Shown piece by piece: positions 41,838-54,142 of a stretch of DNA of 64,000 nucleotides. Origin of the DNA: an uncultured Leptospirales bacterium (GTDB lineage: Bacteria; Spirochaetota; UBA4802; JAKQUI01); NCBI GenBank assembly GCA_964652955.1, contig CAZZCF010000001.1:12555-76554 (forward strand), written 5' to 3'. The number at the start of each line of letters is the position of its first letter. Positions within the stretch are counted from its first letter, which is position 1. The notes beneath the pieces were generated by a model that saw only the letters and a list, made by a program, of their open reading frames with translations, was not told the origin of the DNA and did not search any database. A program made the position numbers and the translations under genes.

Positions 41838-43150
41838 GGCGGCCACTCGAATTCCGTCTGATGGGCGTCCTTCTGCCTCGCCGATGCCCTGACGATCGGG
41901 ATCTCCTCCCATCGCGTGGTAAACCGGGGAGAGAGCTTCAGCTGGCGCATGCGCCACTCCTTGCGAATCCCCTCCGCCGCGTAGACGACGGTGCCCGTGC
42001 CCCATCGGTCGTTGATCCGGTCGACTGTCTTCATCAGCAGCTGCTGTTTCTCGCCGGGGGTTTCCCTGAAGAGATTGAGCTGCGCCTGATCCTCCGGTAT
42101 GATTTCGGAGAAGAAAACCCCCGTTTTCTTGTAGCGGAAGCCGGGCCGGTATATTTTCGCGAGGAGCCGGTGCGCGTGCCGGATGAGCTCGGCGGTATAG
42201 GAGGTGGGGAGGGGCACTCTGAGGGTGATGCTGTTGTGGTACTGCGGTTCATCCTTGAAGGGGTTGGTGCCCAGGAAAACGGTTATGAAGAGGGCCACCG
42301 AGCGCTGGGCGCGGAGCTTCTGTGCCGCCCGCGATACGTATGCAGCGAGCGCCTCCCCGAGCTCGGAAAGCCGCTCCACCGGCCTCCCGAAGGAGCGGGA
42401 GCTGACGATCCCCTTTTTGGGAGGGGGGGCCTCCTCGAGGGGAATGCAGGAGTGCCCCCGCAGCTCCCATACGGTGCGCAGCCCCATGACGGTCATGTGC
42501 TTCCGTATCCAGCGGTCCGGCGCGTCCCTGAGGTCGAGGGCGGTGAAGATGCCGTTCAGGTTAAGCAGCCTGGTGTACTGCATGCCGACCCCCCAGATAT
42601 CTTCTACCTTCACGCTCTTCAGAAGTCTTTCGCGCCCGGGATATCCGGCGATAGTGAACACCCCGCGATGGCCGGAGCTCCTCTTTGCCAGCCTGCTGGC
42701 CAGCTTGGCCAGCGTCTTGGTGGGACCGATCCCGATGGACGTGGGGATGCCGGTCCACTGCAGGACGGTTTCCCGCATCTGATGGGCGTATTCGGTGACA
42801 TCGGGCACGGAGAACAGCCTGCCGAGGGAGAGGAAGGCCTCGTCGATGGAATATATTTCCATGTCCGGGGCAAAGGGTGAGATGGTATCCATCACGCGCC
42901 GGGACATATCGCCATAGAGGGCGTAATTGGAGGAGAAAGCGGCAACGGCACCTTCTTTCACAAGCTCCCGGCACTCGAAGGCGGGGGCGCCGAATCGTAT
43001 TCCCATCGCCTTGGCCTCGTTTGAGCGGGCGACGACGTTCCCGTCGTTGTTGGAGAGCACCACGACAGGCTTCCCCCGGAGGCCGGGATTGAACACCCGC
43101 TCGCAGGAAACGTAGAAGTTGTTGCAGTCCACGAGGGCGAAAAGAGACAC
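41834..43150 (-). CDS. umuC: Y-family translesion DNA polymerase (DNA polymerase V catalytic subunit)
   Basis: '[36 protein letters not shown]' is the UmuC/DinB N-terminal catalytic motif. GTG 43150 has an AGGAG RBS and lies 11 nt after the umuD stop; the track ORF extends into umuD. Confidence 0.85.
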   Translation of the reverse strand: MSLFALVDCNNFYVSCERVFNPGLRGKPVVVLSNNDGNVVARSNEAKAMGIRFGAPAFECRELVKEGAVAAFSSNYALYGDMSRRVMDTISPFAPDMEIYSIDEAFLSLGRLFSVPDVTEYAHQMRETVLQWTGIPTSIGIGPTKTLAKLASRLAKRSSGHRGVFTIAGYPGRERLLKSVKVEDIWGVGMQYTRLLNLNGIFTALDLRDAPDRWIRKHMTVMGLRTVWELRGHSCIPLEEAPPPKKGIVSSRSFGRPVERLSELGEALAAYVSRAAQKLRAQRSVALFITVFLGTNPFKDEPQYHNSITLRVPLPTSYTAELIRHAHRLLAKIYRPGFRYKKTGVFFSEIIPEDQAQLNLFRETPGEKQQLLMKTVDRINDRWGTGTVVYAAEGIRKEWRMRQLKLSPRFTTRWEEIPIVRASARQKDAHQTEFEWPP

Positions 43151-43161
43151 CGTTCCCGCTC

Positions 43162-43605
43162 CTACACCTGATGGATGACGTGGGAGACCACCCCCCACAC
43201 CTCGAACTCCATCTCGGGGGTGACCTCAATGGGCGCAAAGGCCGGATTCTCGGGTATCAGGGAGACGGTGTTGCGCATCCGCTGTATGCGCTTCACGGTG
43301 AGCTCGCCGTTCACCGCCGCGATGACGATCCGGTTGTCCGTCGCCTCGAGGGCGCGGTCCACTATCAGGATATCGCCGGGATTGATGCCTGCGTCGATCA
43401 TGGAGTTCCCCGATACGCGCACGAAAAAAGTTGCCGCGGGATGCCTGATCAGAAGCTCGTTGAGATCGAGCTTTTTATCGATGTAGTCGTCGGCGGGAGA
43501 GGGAAACCCCGCGGATATATTCGCCGCAAAGAGGGGGAGCTCCTCTCGCTGCTGATTCGCGAAACGGTATATCTCCTCTATGCAGTCGCTCTTTGTTCTT
43601 TTCAT
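43162..43605 (-). CDS. umuD: UmuD-like S24 peptidase (SOS mutagenesis accessory protein)
   Basis: Candidate 'AG' cleavage site in 'ISAGFPSP', Ser nucleophile in 'GNSM' and Lys in 'VKRI'; no HTH. ATG 43605 is preceded by GAGGTGGAG. Confidence 0.85.
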   Translation of the reverse strand: MKRTKSDCIEEIYRFANQQREELPLFAANISAGFPSPADDYIDKKLDLNELLIRHPAATFFVRVSGNSMIDAGINPGDILIVDRALEATDNRIVIAAVNGELTVKRIQRMRNTVSLIPENPAFAPIEVTPEMEFEVWGVVSHVIHQV

Positions 43606-43626
43606 GTCTCCACCTCGTATGCGTGC

Positions 43627-43669
43627 TTGTGCACAATATACTATATATATGTATAGTATATTGTGCAAC
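43627..43669 (-). promoter_or_regulatory. Perfect 14-bp inverted repeat CACAATATACTATA-TATATG-TATAGTATATTGTG upstream of umuD (candidate operator / SOS box)
   Basis: Read directly; arms are exact reverse complements with a 6-bp spacer, 25-60 nt upstream of the umuD start. Confidence 0.5.
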
Positions 43670-43827
43670 AACAATTTTTTCCGTTCCGGGAATTTTTTGC
43701 GGGGCGTGCGGCGAGAGGAATTCACGTTTACGGGAAGCGTATGGGGGTAGATGTTTATATGCTATGGTCGAGAGCGCTGCCCGCTAATATGGATAGAACC
43801 GTTCGCCCTGCTCATGCCGGGCGATAG

Positions 43828-44904
43828 TTATCGGTAGAAATGCTGAATCGTGGCTGCCCGCTCAATGAGTAGCGGCGAGTTCATCGGTTGGCGGGTATAG
43901 AGGAGCTTTCCCTTCCGGGAGACCCGGATCACGTATGGCTGCCCGAGTTTCCGGGTGAGATGATGGAAAAAGACAAATTCAGCGATATCCTCTGCCCAGG
44001 ACATGCTCCCGTACAGTGATGCGAAGGGTGTTTGCTCGAGCCCCCGGTACAGCTCCGGCGCTCGGGAGAGGGGAATTGCGGGATCCTTCAACCCGTAGAA
44101 GGTGAGAGAGCTTCGCAGAGGAAAGTCGTACCGCTCCAGGGGCTTCCGCAGCTCTTTCCAGATACCGTCGATGAAGGGGGTGCTCCGGGGATGGCCTGTT
44201 TTCCTGAGTCCCTCCTCGACATAGGGGGTGACATGCGTTACATAGTCCACGGCATGGGTCGATTCGTGGAGGAGGACATAGGTGAATCCGCTGTATCTTT
44301 TCCCGCCGCTCACGGTGATGATTGTATCCGATCCGTCATCTTTGAAGCAGGAGTTCTCCCGGTAGGTGAGCCAGGAGGAGATGCTCTTTCGAAGTGATTC
44401 GGGGTTGAAGACCATGAAGACATACATGCCGCCGCTGGAATCGACAACCCAGTCGGTCAGTCCGCCTCCCATGAAGTTCCGGATGAAGTACATTCCCAGG
44501 AGGCGCTCCCGGAGCACCGATGCGGTAAGCGGAGGGAGCGCGGCGAGCGACTGACGGATTCGCCGCAATTCTCGCCGGTCGGGTTTGTACGAATGATAAT
44601 CCTCGCGGCTGTCCATTTCGCGGAGATAGCTGAGCACGAAATCGGGCGCATCGGTTATCCGTGATACGAGTGATGATGCCGGATCAAAGGTATACCGTGA
44701 ATACTGATGGACTGCAGCACGCTCGGCATCGGTAACGATTCCTTTATCCGTACAGCTTGCGTGGAACGATAGGACTATAAGCAGTACGAGTATACGGGAG
44801 AGGGGGGCGCTCACCCCTTTCCTCGTTCGCGTGAGACGGTGGTCTGAAGCTGACGGAGAGGGGGAAGCGGCATTTCTGGCTCTGTGCTCGGGTTTTGTTC
44901 TCAC
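43828..44904 (-). CDS. Putative zinc metalloprotease lipoprotein (HExxH)
   Basis: Signal peptide plus 'FHASCTD' lipobox; a single 'VLLHESTHAV' HExxH motif; otherwise no recognised family. Confidence 0.5.
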   Translation of the reverse strand: MRTKPEHRARNAASPSPSASDHRLTRTRKGVSAPLSRILVLLIVLSFHASCTDKGIVTDAERAAVHQYSRYTFDPASSLVSRITDAPDFVLSYLREMDSREDYHSYKPDRRELRRIRQSLAALPPLTASVLRERLLGMYFIRNFMGGGLTDWVVDSSGGMYVFMVFNPESLRKSISSWLTYRENSCFKDDGSDTIITVSGGKRYSGFTYVLLHESTHAVDYVTHVTPYVEEGLRKTGHPRSTPFIDGIWKELRKPLERYDFPLRSSLTFYGLKDPAIPLSRAPELYRGLEQTPFASLYGSMSWAEDIAEFVFFHHLTRKLGQPYVIRVSRKGKLLYTRQPMNSPLLIERAATIQHFYR

Positions 44905-44923
44905 TGTTTTTGCTCCGGATTGT

Positions 44924-45382
44924 TCATGATGGTTTCGGTCTGTACAGGATTACCTCAACTCCCGCTTCGGCTATCATTTCATCCGCAAGGGGGTCACGGT
45001 AGGGTTCCTTGACGATAAATGTTTTTATTCCGCTGTTGATGAGCATCTTGGTGCATATGGAGCACGGCTGATGGGTTACGTAAATCCGCGCACCGTTGAT
45101 TGAAACGCCGTGCAGCGCAGCCTGGATGATCGCATTCTGTTCCGCGTGCAATCCCCGGCAGAGCTCGTGCCGCTCACCCGAGGGGACATTGTATTTGGTT
45201 CTCAGACAGTTCTCCTCGGTGCAGTGAGAGATTCCGGTCGGAGGACCGTTGTACCCCGTTGCAAGTATGCGCTTGTCCTTGACGATTACCGCGCCCACCT
45301 GCCGGCGGATGCACGTTGCCCGCGTAGATACATCTTCCGCTATCTTCATGAAGTAGTCATCCCAGGAAGGCCGCTCTCTCAT
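44924..45382 (-). CDS. dCMP deaminase (cytidine/deoxycytidylate deaminase family)
   Basis: 'HAEQNAI' and 'PCSICTKM' zinc-ligand motifs, 152 aa. Confidence 0.85.
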   Translation of the reverse strand: MRERPSWDDYFMKIAEDVSTRATCIRRQVGAVIVKDKRILATGYNGPPTGISHCTEENCLRTKYNVPSGERHELCRGLHAEQNAIIQAALHGVSINGARIYVTHQPCSICTKMLINSGIKTFIVKEPYRDPLADEMIAEAGVEVILYRPKPS

Positions 45383-45386
45383 TTCC

Positions 45387-45983
45387 CTATCGCACCTCGT
45401 GGTTGAAGTTAAGTGTGGTGGAGATCGGTTCTCCGATATTTATCCGTATCAGCGCAACGAGGGGAACATATTCGTTTCTCCGTGCGAGGAAGCTCTTTTC
45501 CGATAGTATGTATTCCGGATGCGCAGAGACGAAGCGCTCGATAACAGCAGTGTCGATAACGCTGATGAAGTTTTTTACTTCGCCGGGGAGTACCGATAAT
45601 CCGGTGATAGCATCACCGATGGCCGTTCGGTATACTTCATCTCTGCCGTGAAGTAGCAACAGGTCGGATATACCCCCGTTGTAAGAGACCCGCTTCTGCC
45701 GGGGGAGCGTGTTCTTTATTGAAAGGGAGAAGAGATACTGTTGTGCCGCTCCCTCTTTCGTCATTGAGAATCGGTATTGCAGGCCCCCGTGGTTGATGCT
45801 CGTGCTGGTATAGAGCTTCTCGGGGGCCCTGTTGTAGATGAAGAGCAGGATAAGCACGATCACCAGTGCATCGATGACGAGAATAATCCGCGAGAGTCTC
45901 CGCTTCTTAACGGTGCTGTTCTGATGCCTTCCGGCCTGTATTCTTTCGAGCGCTTCCTGAATGCTTTCTTTTCTCTTCGCCAT
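45387..45983 (-). CDS. Hypothetical single-pass membrane protein
   Basis: One TM helix ('[17 protein letters not shown]') after a basic N-terminus; no motif recognised. Confidence 0.45.
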   Translation of the reverse strand: MAKRKESIQEALERIQAGRHQNSTVKKRRLSRIILVIDALVIVLILLFIYNRAPEKLYTSTSINHGGLQYRFSMTKEGAAQQYLFSLSIKNTLPRQKRVSYNGGISDLLLLHGRDEVYRTAIGDAITGLSVLPGEVKNFISVIDTAVIERFVSAHPEYILSEKSFLARRNEYVPLVALIRINIGEPISTTLNFNHEVR

Positions 45984-46204
45984 GGTTTAAACAGCCCTTC
46001 GAAATCTGTGATGATTACCGTAAAAGAATATTTGAATTTTTCAAGAAATATTTCGTAAAACTCCATTCCGGATGTTGCTTTTGTGCGGGGAGCGCGCTCC
46101 CCGATGACAGTGCTATTTCACCTTGGTAAAATTTACTTGCTATAATTTGAAAACTATGTTCCATTTGTATGCGTCAATGCTTTTTTTTGTCTCTGATGAC
46201 TTAA

Positions 46205-47933
<1,729 letters not shown>

Positions 47934-48072
47934 CCTGTGCGGGACTGTTCGAGCCTTCCCGGTGAGAGGTATAAAGAGCTCGCGATGATACCCGGTGAGC
48001 AAAAACCGGAGAAGCGGAAGGCAAGCTGAAGTGCCCCGTGAGCGGCAGCGGTCGTGATGGTGTGAGATTGCT

Positions 48073-48696
48073 GTGGCGAAACGGTTTGCAGAGGCGATCA
48101 CTTGGAGGAGCGATTCATCCCGTATGGAAGTGTTGTTTGAATCCTATACCGAGAAGGATGTTGCGGTTATCAGGTGGCAGTTGAAGAGCGACCGTGCATT
48201 CCCGGCAGGCATCGTCGAGCGATGCGCCCACGGATTTCCCCGGCTGATTACACTTGATGCTGAGAGCTCTGAGGATGAAGCAGTGCCGCTGAATTATACG
48301 GCGATTGCGAATGTGCTGTGGTTGACCTGCCCCTATCTGAATGAAAAAATACACCTGCTCGAAACCGAAAAGGGCATCTCCTTCATCGCTGACTTGATAG
48401 ACGAAGATGGATCGCTCGGTGCTGTCATGGAAAGCGCTCATGCTCATTTCTATTTCCTGCGAAAGAAGGTATACGGGCGGTTGCTCGGGAGCACAACGAA
48501 GAAGAAGGTATCGACCCTCTTCGATACCGGGATAGGGGGGATGAGATATCCTGCTTCGATTAAATGCCTCCATCAGCACTTTTCGCATTTCAGGGTGTAT
48601 CGTCACAATGTCGTCGGACGTATGACACACAACCTGCTCGGAGGGAAGCTAAACTGTAATGAGGTAATCTGCAGGAATGCGTGCGAAGGAAACTGA
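48073..48696 (+). CDS. DUF501-like protein
   Basis: The conserved Cys/His cluster 'IKCLHQHFSHF' and 'CPYLNE' resemble DUF501, which typically neighbours eno and ftsB. Start may be the internal Met at 48124. Confidence 0.5.
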   Translation: MAKRFAEAITWRSDSSRMEVLFESYTEKDVAVIRWQLKSDRAFPAGIVERCAHGFPRLITLDAESSEDEAVPLNYTAIANVLWLTCPYLNEKIHLLETEKGISFIADLIDEDGSLGAVMESAHAHFYFLRKKVYGRLLGSTTKKKVSTLFDTGIGGMRYPASIKCLHQHFSHFRVYRHNVVGRMTHNLLGGKLNCNEVICRNACEGN

Positions 48697-49339
48697 AATA
48701 ATAAAAATAAAAAAGCTTCGAAAAGACGGCTCCTTGAGCAATGAGATTGTTGAGAAGATATCGAATGCGTTGCTGAAGGAGGATCTCGTCGTTTTACCGA
48801 TTGATAACATTTACGGTGTCGTTGGCCTTACCGAACCGAAGGTGATGAGCAGGATCGCAAAGATCCGTCGGGTGAACACGGTCGAGCTTGTCCACCTGAT
48901 ATCTTCCTTCAAAATGCTGAATAGCTTTGCGCACTATACCAAATGTGATTATGATTTCCTGAACAGGGTCTGGCCGGGTGAGGTCAATGTCATTCTGCAT
49001 CGGAGGAACGGGCGTGAGACGAAAAAGCCGGTTGTTATCCGCTTCCCGAAGAATAAATTCATACAGCGCGTTATCGATTCGGTCGATTGTCCCCTGATCG
49101 TCTCAAAGGCATTCGATAAAAAGAATGAGATTCTGTACCGGGAGGAGGAGATACTCCGGAGGTTCGTCGACAGGGTTGATTTGATCATCATCATCGAAGA
49201 GCTCTGCAAGAAGTATCCCATTTCCACCCTTATCGATATTAGCGAGGGCGAACTGAAGATAATCAGGGAGGGGAAGATCACCTCGGAAGAGATCAAGTCG
49301 CTGTACTTTCTCGACAAAGACGATGATTTCGTGTGCTGA
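48677..49339 (+). CDS. YrdC/Sua5-domain protein (L-threonylcarbamoyladenylate synthase-like)
   Basis: 'LVVLPIDNIYGVVG' and 'VWPGEVNVIL' are YrdC-fold signatures. Confidence 0.7.
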   Translation: MRAKETEIIKIKKLRKDGSLSNEIVEKISNALLKEDLVVLPIDNIYGVVGLTEPKVMSRIAKIRRVNTVELVHLISSFKMLNSFAHYTKCDYDFLNRVWPGEVNVILHRRNGRETKKPVVIRFPKNKFIQRVIDSVDCPLIVSKAFDKKNEILYREEEILRRFVDRVDLIIIIEELCKKYPISTLIDISEGELKIIREGKITSEEIKSLYFLDKDDDFVC

Positions 49340-49392
49340 GTGATACCGAGCTGCTCCGATGCTGCTTTCTTGTGCTCGACAGCAGTGTGCGC

Positions 49393-50193
49393 TTATAAAT
49401 AGATGTGATTCACTCCAAAGAGCCGCAGATGTCCTTTAAAGGCTCTGCTTTCCGTGAAGGGTTTCACCAGTGACGAGAGGATGTCTCTTCGAGCGAGAAT
49501 CCTCTTGCCGATGATCCTCGCGGCAAAGCAGCGATCGCCGCTCTCGGTCTGGACGATCAGGAAGTGATTGGGTCGCTCGTTTTCCGTTGATGATGTTGCG
49601 AGGGGATCTATAACCGGAATTATCCGGTCATCGATCTTTATGCTCATTCTTCGGTCATCGGCATAGAGCGTTCGAATATTCTCGAATTCGATCACGCTGA
49701 AGGTGTCGTAGGGAGTGATAAAGTGGGACCCGTTTCTCTGAAAGGTTATCCATCGGAATTGAGCGCTTTCCACGTCTTCTTCCGCCGTATATTCACGGGA
49801 TTCTTTCTGTTCGTGATACAGGCGCGGGAATTCGTCAAAGCTGCTGTTTCTGAGCTCGATGACTTTCGAGTGGAGATAATAGACGAGATTGAAGTTGATT
49901 CCTTCGTTCGTGTATCTCGTCGCATACTCTTTCAGGAGGGCCTTGAGCTTCAGAAGGTACTCCAGGCCGTATATCGTGTTGAAATTCGAATATATTGATG
50001 AGAGCAGATCGATTCGACTGATGAGTTCATCATAAACAGATTGGAAATCAGCATACTTCTTTTCCAGCGTGAGGAGCGATTGTTCGATAAGCTCGCTGAT
50101 CTCCTCAATTTTCTGCAGGTTGTTTTGCCAGAAAGTGCGATAGAACTGATATTCCCTGTAGTTCTGCTTTTCCGTTGGCACAGTCATATTCAT
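49393..50193 (-). CDS. Hypothetical protein with C-terminal CheW-like domain
   Basis: The C-terminal 130 aa ('FRWITFQRNGSHFITPYDTFSVIEFENI...IPVIDP...HFLIVQTESGDRCFAARI') follow the CheW-like beta pattern. The N-terminal half is helical with no match. Confidence 0.4.
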   Translation of the reverse strand: MNMTVPTEKQNYREYQFYRTFWQNNLQKIEEISELIEQSLLTLEKKYADFQSVYDELISRIDLLSSIYSNFNTIYGLEYLLKLKALLKEYATRYTNEGINFNLVYYLHSKVIELRNSSFDEFPRLYHEQKESREYTAEEDVESAQFRWITFQRNGSHFITPYDTFSVIEFENIRTLYADDRRMSIKIDDRIIPVIDPLATSSTENERPNHFLIVQTESGDRCFAARIIGKRILARRDILSSLVKPFTESRAFKGHLRLFGVNHIYL

Positions 50194-50575
50194 AGTTTAC
50201 AGGGTGTCGGGACGGGCGGTCAATTCATTTTTTTTTTTCGTATCCCCCCGCGTGCTGTTATATATTTATGTCATACGGGATGTTTTCCCTCGAAGCGTTT
50301 CGCAAGGATGAAAGCTGAGAGGTGTCGCAGTGTCGTGGCCTGTATGTTTCTTGCCGGTGTATGTAATTAATTTATTGAAATTATTGATTATATTTCTATA
50401 GTGGGTTTTCCGTTTATCAGCATTGGTATTTTTTTATTGCTCTTTTGTTTATTATCTTCATATTGAAGTGAGCAGAGAGAGCAGGTGCTGTTGTTTCTTA
50501 CACAATCCCTGAGCGGAATGATATTCGTTTCGCAAACGCATCTGAGAAATAAATATCGTCGGTAAGGAGTGTTGT

Positions 50576-53500
50576 ATGCCTTCAAAAAGTGGTAAGAAAA
50601 TGAAAACAATGGACGGGAATATGGCTGCTGCATATGTTGCCTATGCGTTTACCGAGGTGGCGGCGATTTATCCCATTACCCCCTCGTCGAATATGGCCGA
50701 GCATATGGATGAGTGGGCTGCCCACGGCCAGCGGAACATATTTGGTGAAACGGTCAAAGTTGTCGAAATGCAATCGGAAGCGGGTGCTGCCGGTGCACTG
50801 CACGGTTCCCTGCAGGCGGGTGTCCTGACGTCAACATTCACCGCATCCCAGGGGCTCCTCCTCATGGTTCCCAACATGTATAAGATATCGGGCGAGCTCC
50901 TGCCGGGAGTTTTTCATGTCAGCGCCCGATCCCTCTCCACACATGCGCTTTCAATTTTCGGTGATCATTCAGATATCTACGCCACGAGGCAGACCGGTTT
51001 TGCCCTCCTGGCGAGCGGTGGCGTTCAGCAGGTTATCGATCTCGGCTGCGTGGCTCACCTTGCAGCCGTCAAGTCGAGAATCCCCTTTCTTCATTTCTTC
51101 GACGGGTTCAGAACCTCTCATGAGATTCAGAAAATCGAGCTCATTGACTATGAGGATCTCGCAAAGCTTCTGGATTATGACGCGCTCCATCAGTTCAGGC
51201 AGCGGGCGTTGAATCCGGAGCATCCGGTGACGAGAGGAACCGCGATGAATCCCGATATTTTCTTCCAGCTGCGCGAGTCGGCAAATCCCTATTATGATGC
51301 GGTTCCCGATATTGTTGCAGGCTACATGAAGGAGATCAGCACCCTGACCGGGCGGGAGTATCGTCCCTTCAATTACTATGGCGATCCGAATGCCGAGAAT
51401 GTGGTAATCGCCATGGGCTCGGTGACCGAAACCCTGCTCGAAACGATCGATTATCTCCTGGCAGCGGGGGAGAAGGTGGGGCTGATAACGGTGCATATGT
51501 ACCGGCCCTTCTCGGAGAAGTACTTTTTTGAGATATTCCCGAAATCCGTGAAGCGAATCGCCGTGCTCGACAGAACCAAAGAGCCGGGCGCGAACGGGGA
51601 GCCGCTCTATCTCGATGTCAGAAACATGTTCTATCAGCGGGAGAACGCTCCCCTCATCGTCGGTGGACGATACGGATTGAGCTCCAAGGATTCGACGCCG
51701 GGCCGCCTGATACCGGTTTTCGACAACCTGAAATTGCCTGAGCCGAAAAATGATTTCACCGTGGGCATCGTCGACGATGTTACTTTTAGGTCCCTTCCCA
51801 TCCTGGGGAGAATCAAGACGGCTCCGAAGGGCACTTTCGCGGCAAAGTTCTACGGAATCGGTGCCGACGGGACGGTCGGGGCGAACAAGAATTCATTGAA
51901 GATTATCGGCGACAACACGAATATGTTCGGCCAGGCCTATTTTGCCTATGATGCGAAAAAATCGGGCGGCGTGACCGTGTCCCATCTGCGATTCGGGAAT
52001 AAGCCCATCAAGTCAACCTATCTGGTCATCAATCCCGATTTTGTCGCATGCCACGTCCCCGCCTTCATCGATAAGTACGACATGCTCAACGGCTTGAAGG
52101 AGGGGGGGACATTCCTTCTCAACAGCGTTTGGGATGTTGAGGAAACTCAAGAGCGGTTGCCCGACAGCGTGAAAAAGTATCTGGCGGAGAATAATATCAA
52201 ACTTTATATCATCAACGCAACGGAGATCGCCGAAGAGCTGGGGCTTGGCGGGAGGACCAATACTATTATGCAGGCCGCATTCTTCAAGCTCGCCGAGGTG
52301 ATGCCCTATGAGCAGGCGGTCGAGTACATGAAGGATGCCATCAAGAAGACCTATGGCAGAAAGGGTGATGATATCGTCAATATGAACTATGCCGCCGTTG
52401 ATAAAGGGGGTGAGCGGATTGTGCAGGTTCCGGTTCCTCCGGAGTGGAAGGATATCGAGGTGAAGGAGAACCTGCCGCGTGAGGATGTACCCGATTTCAT
52501 CAGGGATATTGCGGATCCGATTAACCGCCTCGATGTCAATCAATTGCCGGTGAGCGCCTTCCGCGACAATCCCGATGGAACCTTCCCTCCGGGAACAACG
52601 GCATACGAGAAGCGGGGAATCGCCATCAACGTGCCGGAGTGGCAGCCCGATAACTGTATACAGTGCAATCAGTGCTCCTATGTCTGCCCCCACGCGGTCA
52701 TCCGTCCCTTCCTCCTGAACGAGGAGGAGCGGAAGAACGCGCCGGAGGGAACGGTCACCGTTGATGCCAAGGGGAAGGGACTGGAGGGATATCAGTTCAG
52801 GATACAGATAAGCCCGCTCGACTGCACCGGCTGCGGCAACTGCGCCGAGACCTGCCCGGCAAAGGAGAAGGCGCTGATCATGAAGCCGCTCAATACGCAG
52901 ATGGATCAGGCTGAGCGGTGGGAGTACTTCTCGAAGAATATCACCTATAAGGACACTCTTGTCCCGAAGAATACGGTGAAGGGGAGCCAGTTCGCACAGC
53001 CCCTCTTCGAGTACTCCGGCGCCTGTGCCGGATGCGGTGAGACGCCCTATATCAAGCTGATCACGCAGCTCTACGGCGACCGGATGATGATCGCCAATGC
53101 GACCGGCTGCTCCTCGATATACGGGGGGACCGCGCCATCGACTCCCTATACCACCAACCCGGATGGTCACGGCCCGGCGTGGGCGAGCTCGCTCTTCGAG
53201 GACAATGCCGAATACGGCTTCGGCATGTTGCTCGGCGTCGAGCAGATGCGCAGGCGGATCGTCGATCTCGCACGGAAGTGTATCGAGAGCGGTGCATCAT
53301 CCGAGCTCGCAAAAGCGCTCAACGAGTGGATTGACGGAAAGGATGACGCCGATCGATCGAAGGAGGCGACGAAGAAGCTCATCCCCCTCCTCGAGAAGGA
53401 GAAGGGAGATGCGGCGCAGGATATTCTGCGGCTGAAGCAGTACCTCGTCAAGAAGTCGATCTGGGTGATTGGCGGAGACGGCTGGGCCTACGATATCGGC

Positions 53501-54115
53501 TACGGCGGGCTGGATCACGTGCTGGCATCGGGCGAGGATGTCAACGTTCTCGTTCTCGACACGGAGGTCTATTCGAATACCGGCGGTCAGTCGTCGAAGG
53601 CGACGCCGATGGGCGCCGTGGCGAAATTCGCCGCCGCGGGCAAACGGGTCCGGAAGAAGGATCTGGGCGTCATGGCCATCTCATACGGCTATGTCTACGT
53701 TGCGCAGGTCGCCATGGGCGCGAGCCACGCACAGTATCTCAAGGCGGTCACCGAGGCTGAAGCCTATCAGGGGCCCTCGCTGATCATCGCCTATGCGCCC
53801 TGCATCAATCACGGTATCAGGGCCGGCATGGGGAAATCGCAGATCGAGGAGAAGCGGGCGGTCGAGGTTGGCTACTGGCATCTCTATCGCTACAATCCGC
53901 TGCTCGAGAAGGAGGGGAAGAATCCCTTTGTGCTCGATTCGAAGGAGCCGAAGTGGGATGAGTTCAACGATTTCCTGATGGGCGAGGTGCGCTACAGCTC
54001 CCTGAAGAAGGAGTTTCCCGATGTCGCCGATGAGCTCTTCGTGGCGGCCCGGGAGAATGCCCGGTGGCGCTACAAAACCTATAAGCGGCTGGCGAGCTAC
54101 GAGCCGATCGAATAG
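50576..54115 (+). CDS. nifJ: Pyruvate:ferredoxin (flavodoxin) oxidoreductase, single-chain PFOR
   Basis: 1179 aa; 'AAYVAYAFTEVAAIYPITPSS' N-terminus, two ferredoxin-type 'CxxCxxCxxxCP' motifs (CIQCNQCSYVCP and CTGCGNCAETCP) and the TPP-binding 'GGDGWAYDIGYGG'. Confidence 0.95.
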   Translation: MPSKSGKKMKTMDGNMAAAYVAYAFTEVAAIYPITPSSNMAEHMDEWAAHGQRNIFGETVKVVEMQSEAGAAGALHGSLQAGVLTSTFTASQGLLLMVPNMYKISGELLPGVFHVSARSLSTHALSIFGDHSDIYATRQTGFALLASGGVQQVIDLGCVAHLAAVKSRIPFLHFFDGFRTSHEIQKIELIDYEDLAKLLDYDALHQFRQRALNPEHPVTRGTAMNPDIFFQLRESANPYYDAVPDIVAGYMKEISTLTGREYRPFNYYGDPNAENVVIAMGSVTETLLETIDYLLAAGEKVGLITVHMYRPFSEKYFFEIFPKSVKRIAVLDRTKEPGANGEPLYLDVRNMFYQRENAPLIVGGRYGLSSKDSTPGRLIPVFDNLKLPEPKNDFTVGIVDDVTFRSLPILGRIKTAPKGTFAAKFYGIGADGTVGANKNSLKIIGDNTNMFGQAYFAYDAKKSGGVTVSHLRFGNKPIKSTYLVINPDFVACHVPAFIDKYDMLNGLKEGGTFLLNSVWDVEETQERLPDSVKKYLAENNIKLYIINATEIAEELGLGGRTNTIMQAAFFKLAEVMPYEQAVEYMKDAIKKTYGRKGDDIVNMNYAAVDKGGERIVQVPVPPEWKDIEVKENLPREDVPDFIRDIADPINRLDVNQLPVSAFRDNPDGTFPPGTTAYEKRGIAINVPEWQPDNCIQCNQCSYVCPHAVIRPFLLNEEERKNAPEGTVTVDAKGKGLEGYQFRIQISPLDCTGCGNCAETCPAKEKALIMKPLNTQMDQAERWEYFSKNITYKDTLVPKNTVKGSQFAQPLFEYSGACAGCGETPYIKLITQLYGDRMMIANATGCSSIYGGTAPSTPYTTNPDGHGPAWASSLFEDNAEYGFGMLLGVEQMRRRIVDLARKCIESGASSELAKALNEWIDGKDDADRSKEATKKLIPLLEKEKGDAAQDILRLKQYLVKKSIWVIGGDGWAYDIGYGGLDHVLASGEDVNVLVLDTEVYSNTGGQSSKATPMGAVAKFAAAGKRVRKKDLGVMAISYGYVYVAQVAMGASHAQYLKAVTEAEAYQGPSLIIAYAPCINHGIRAGMGKSQIEEKRAVEVGYWHLYRYNPLLEKEGKNPFVLDSKEPKWDEFNDFLMGEVRYSSLKKEFPDVADELFVAARENARWRYKTYKRLASYEPIE

Positions 54116-54142
54116 GGTGGGGATTAATTCGAGCCTCTTCCC

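Noticed and set aside
41325-42005. 226-aa and other Arg/Gly-rich ORFs overlapping umuC and the outer-membrane barrel gene
   Set aside because: They overlap better-supported genes and have no motifs.
52013-53170. 385-aa minus-strand ORF (and several smaller ones) inside nifJ
   Set aside because: It is antisense to PFOR, whose ferredoxin and TPP motifs are in the plus frame. This is a shadow ORF.
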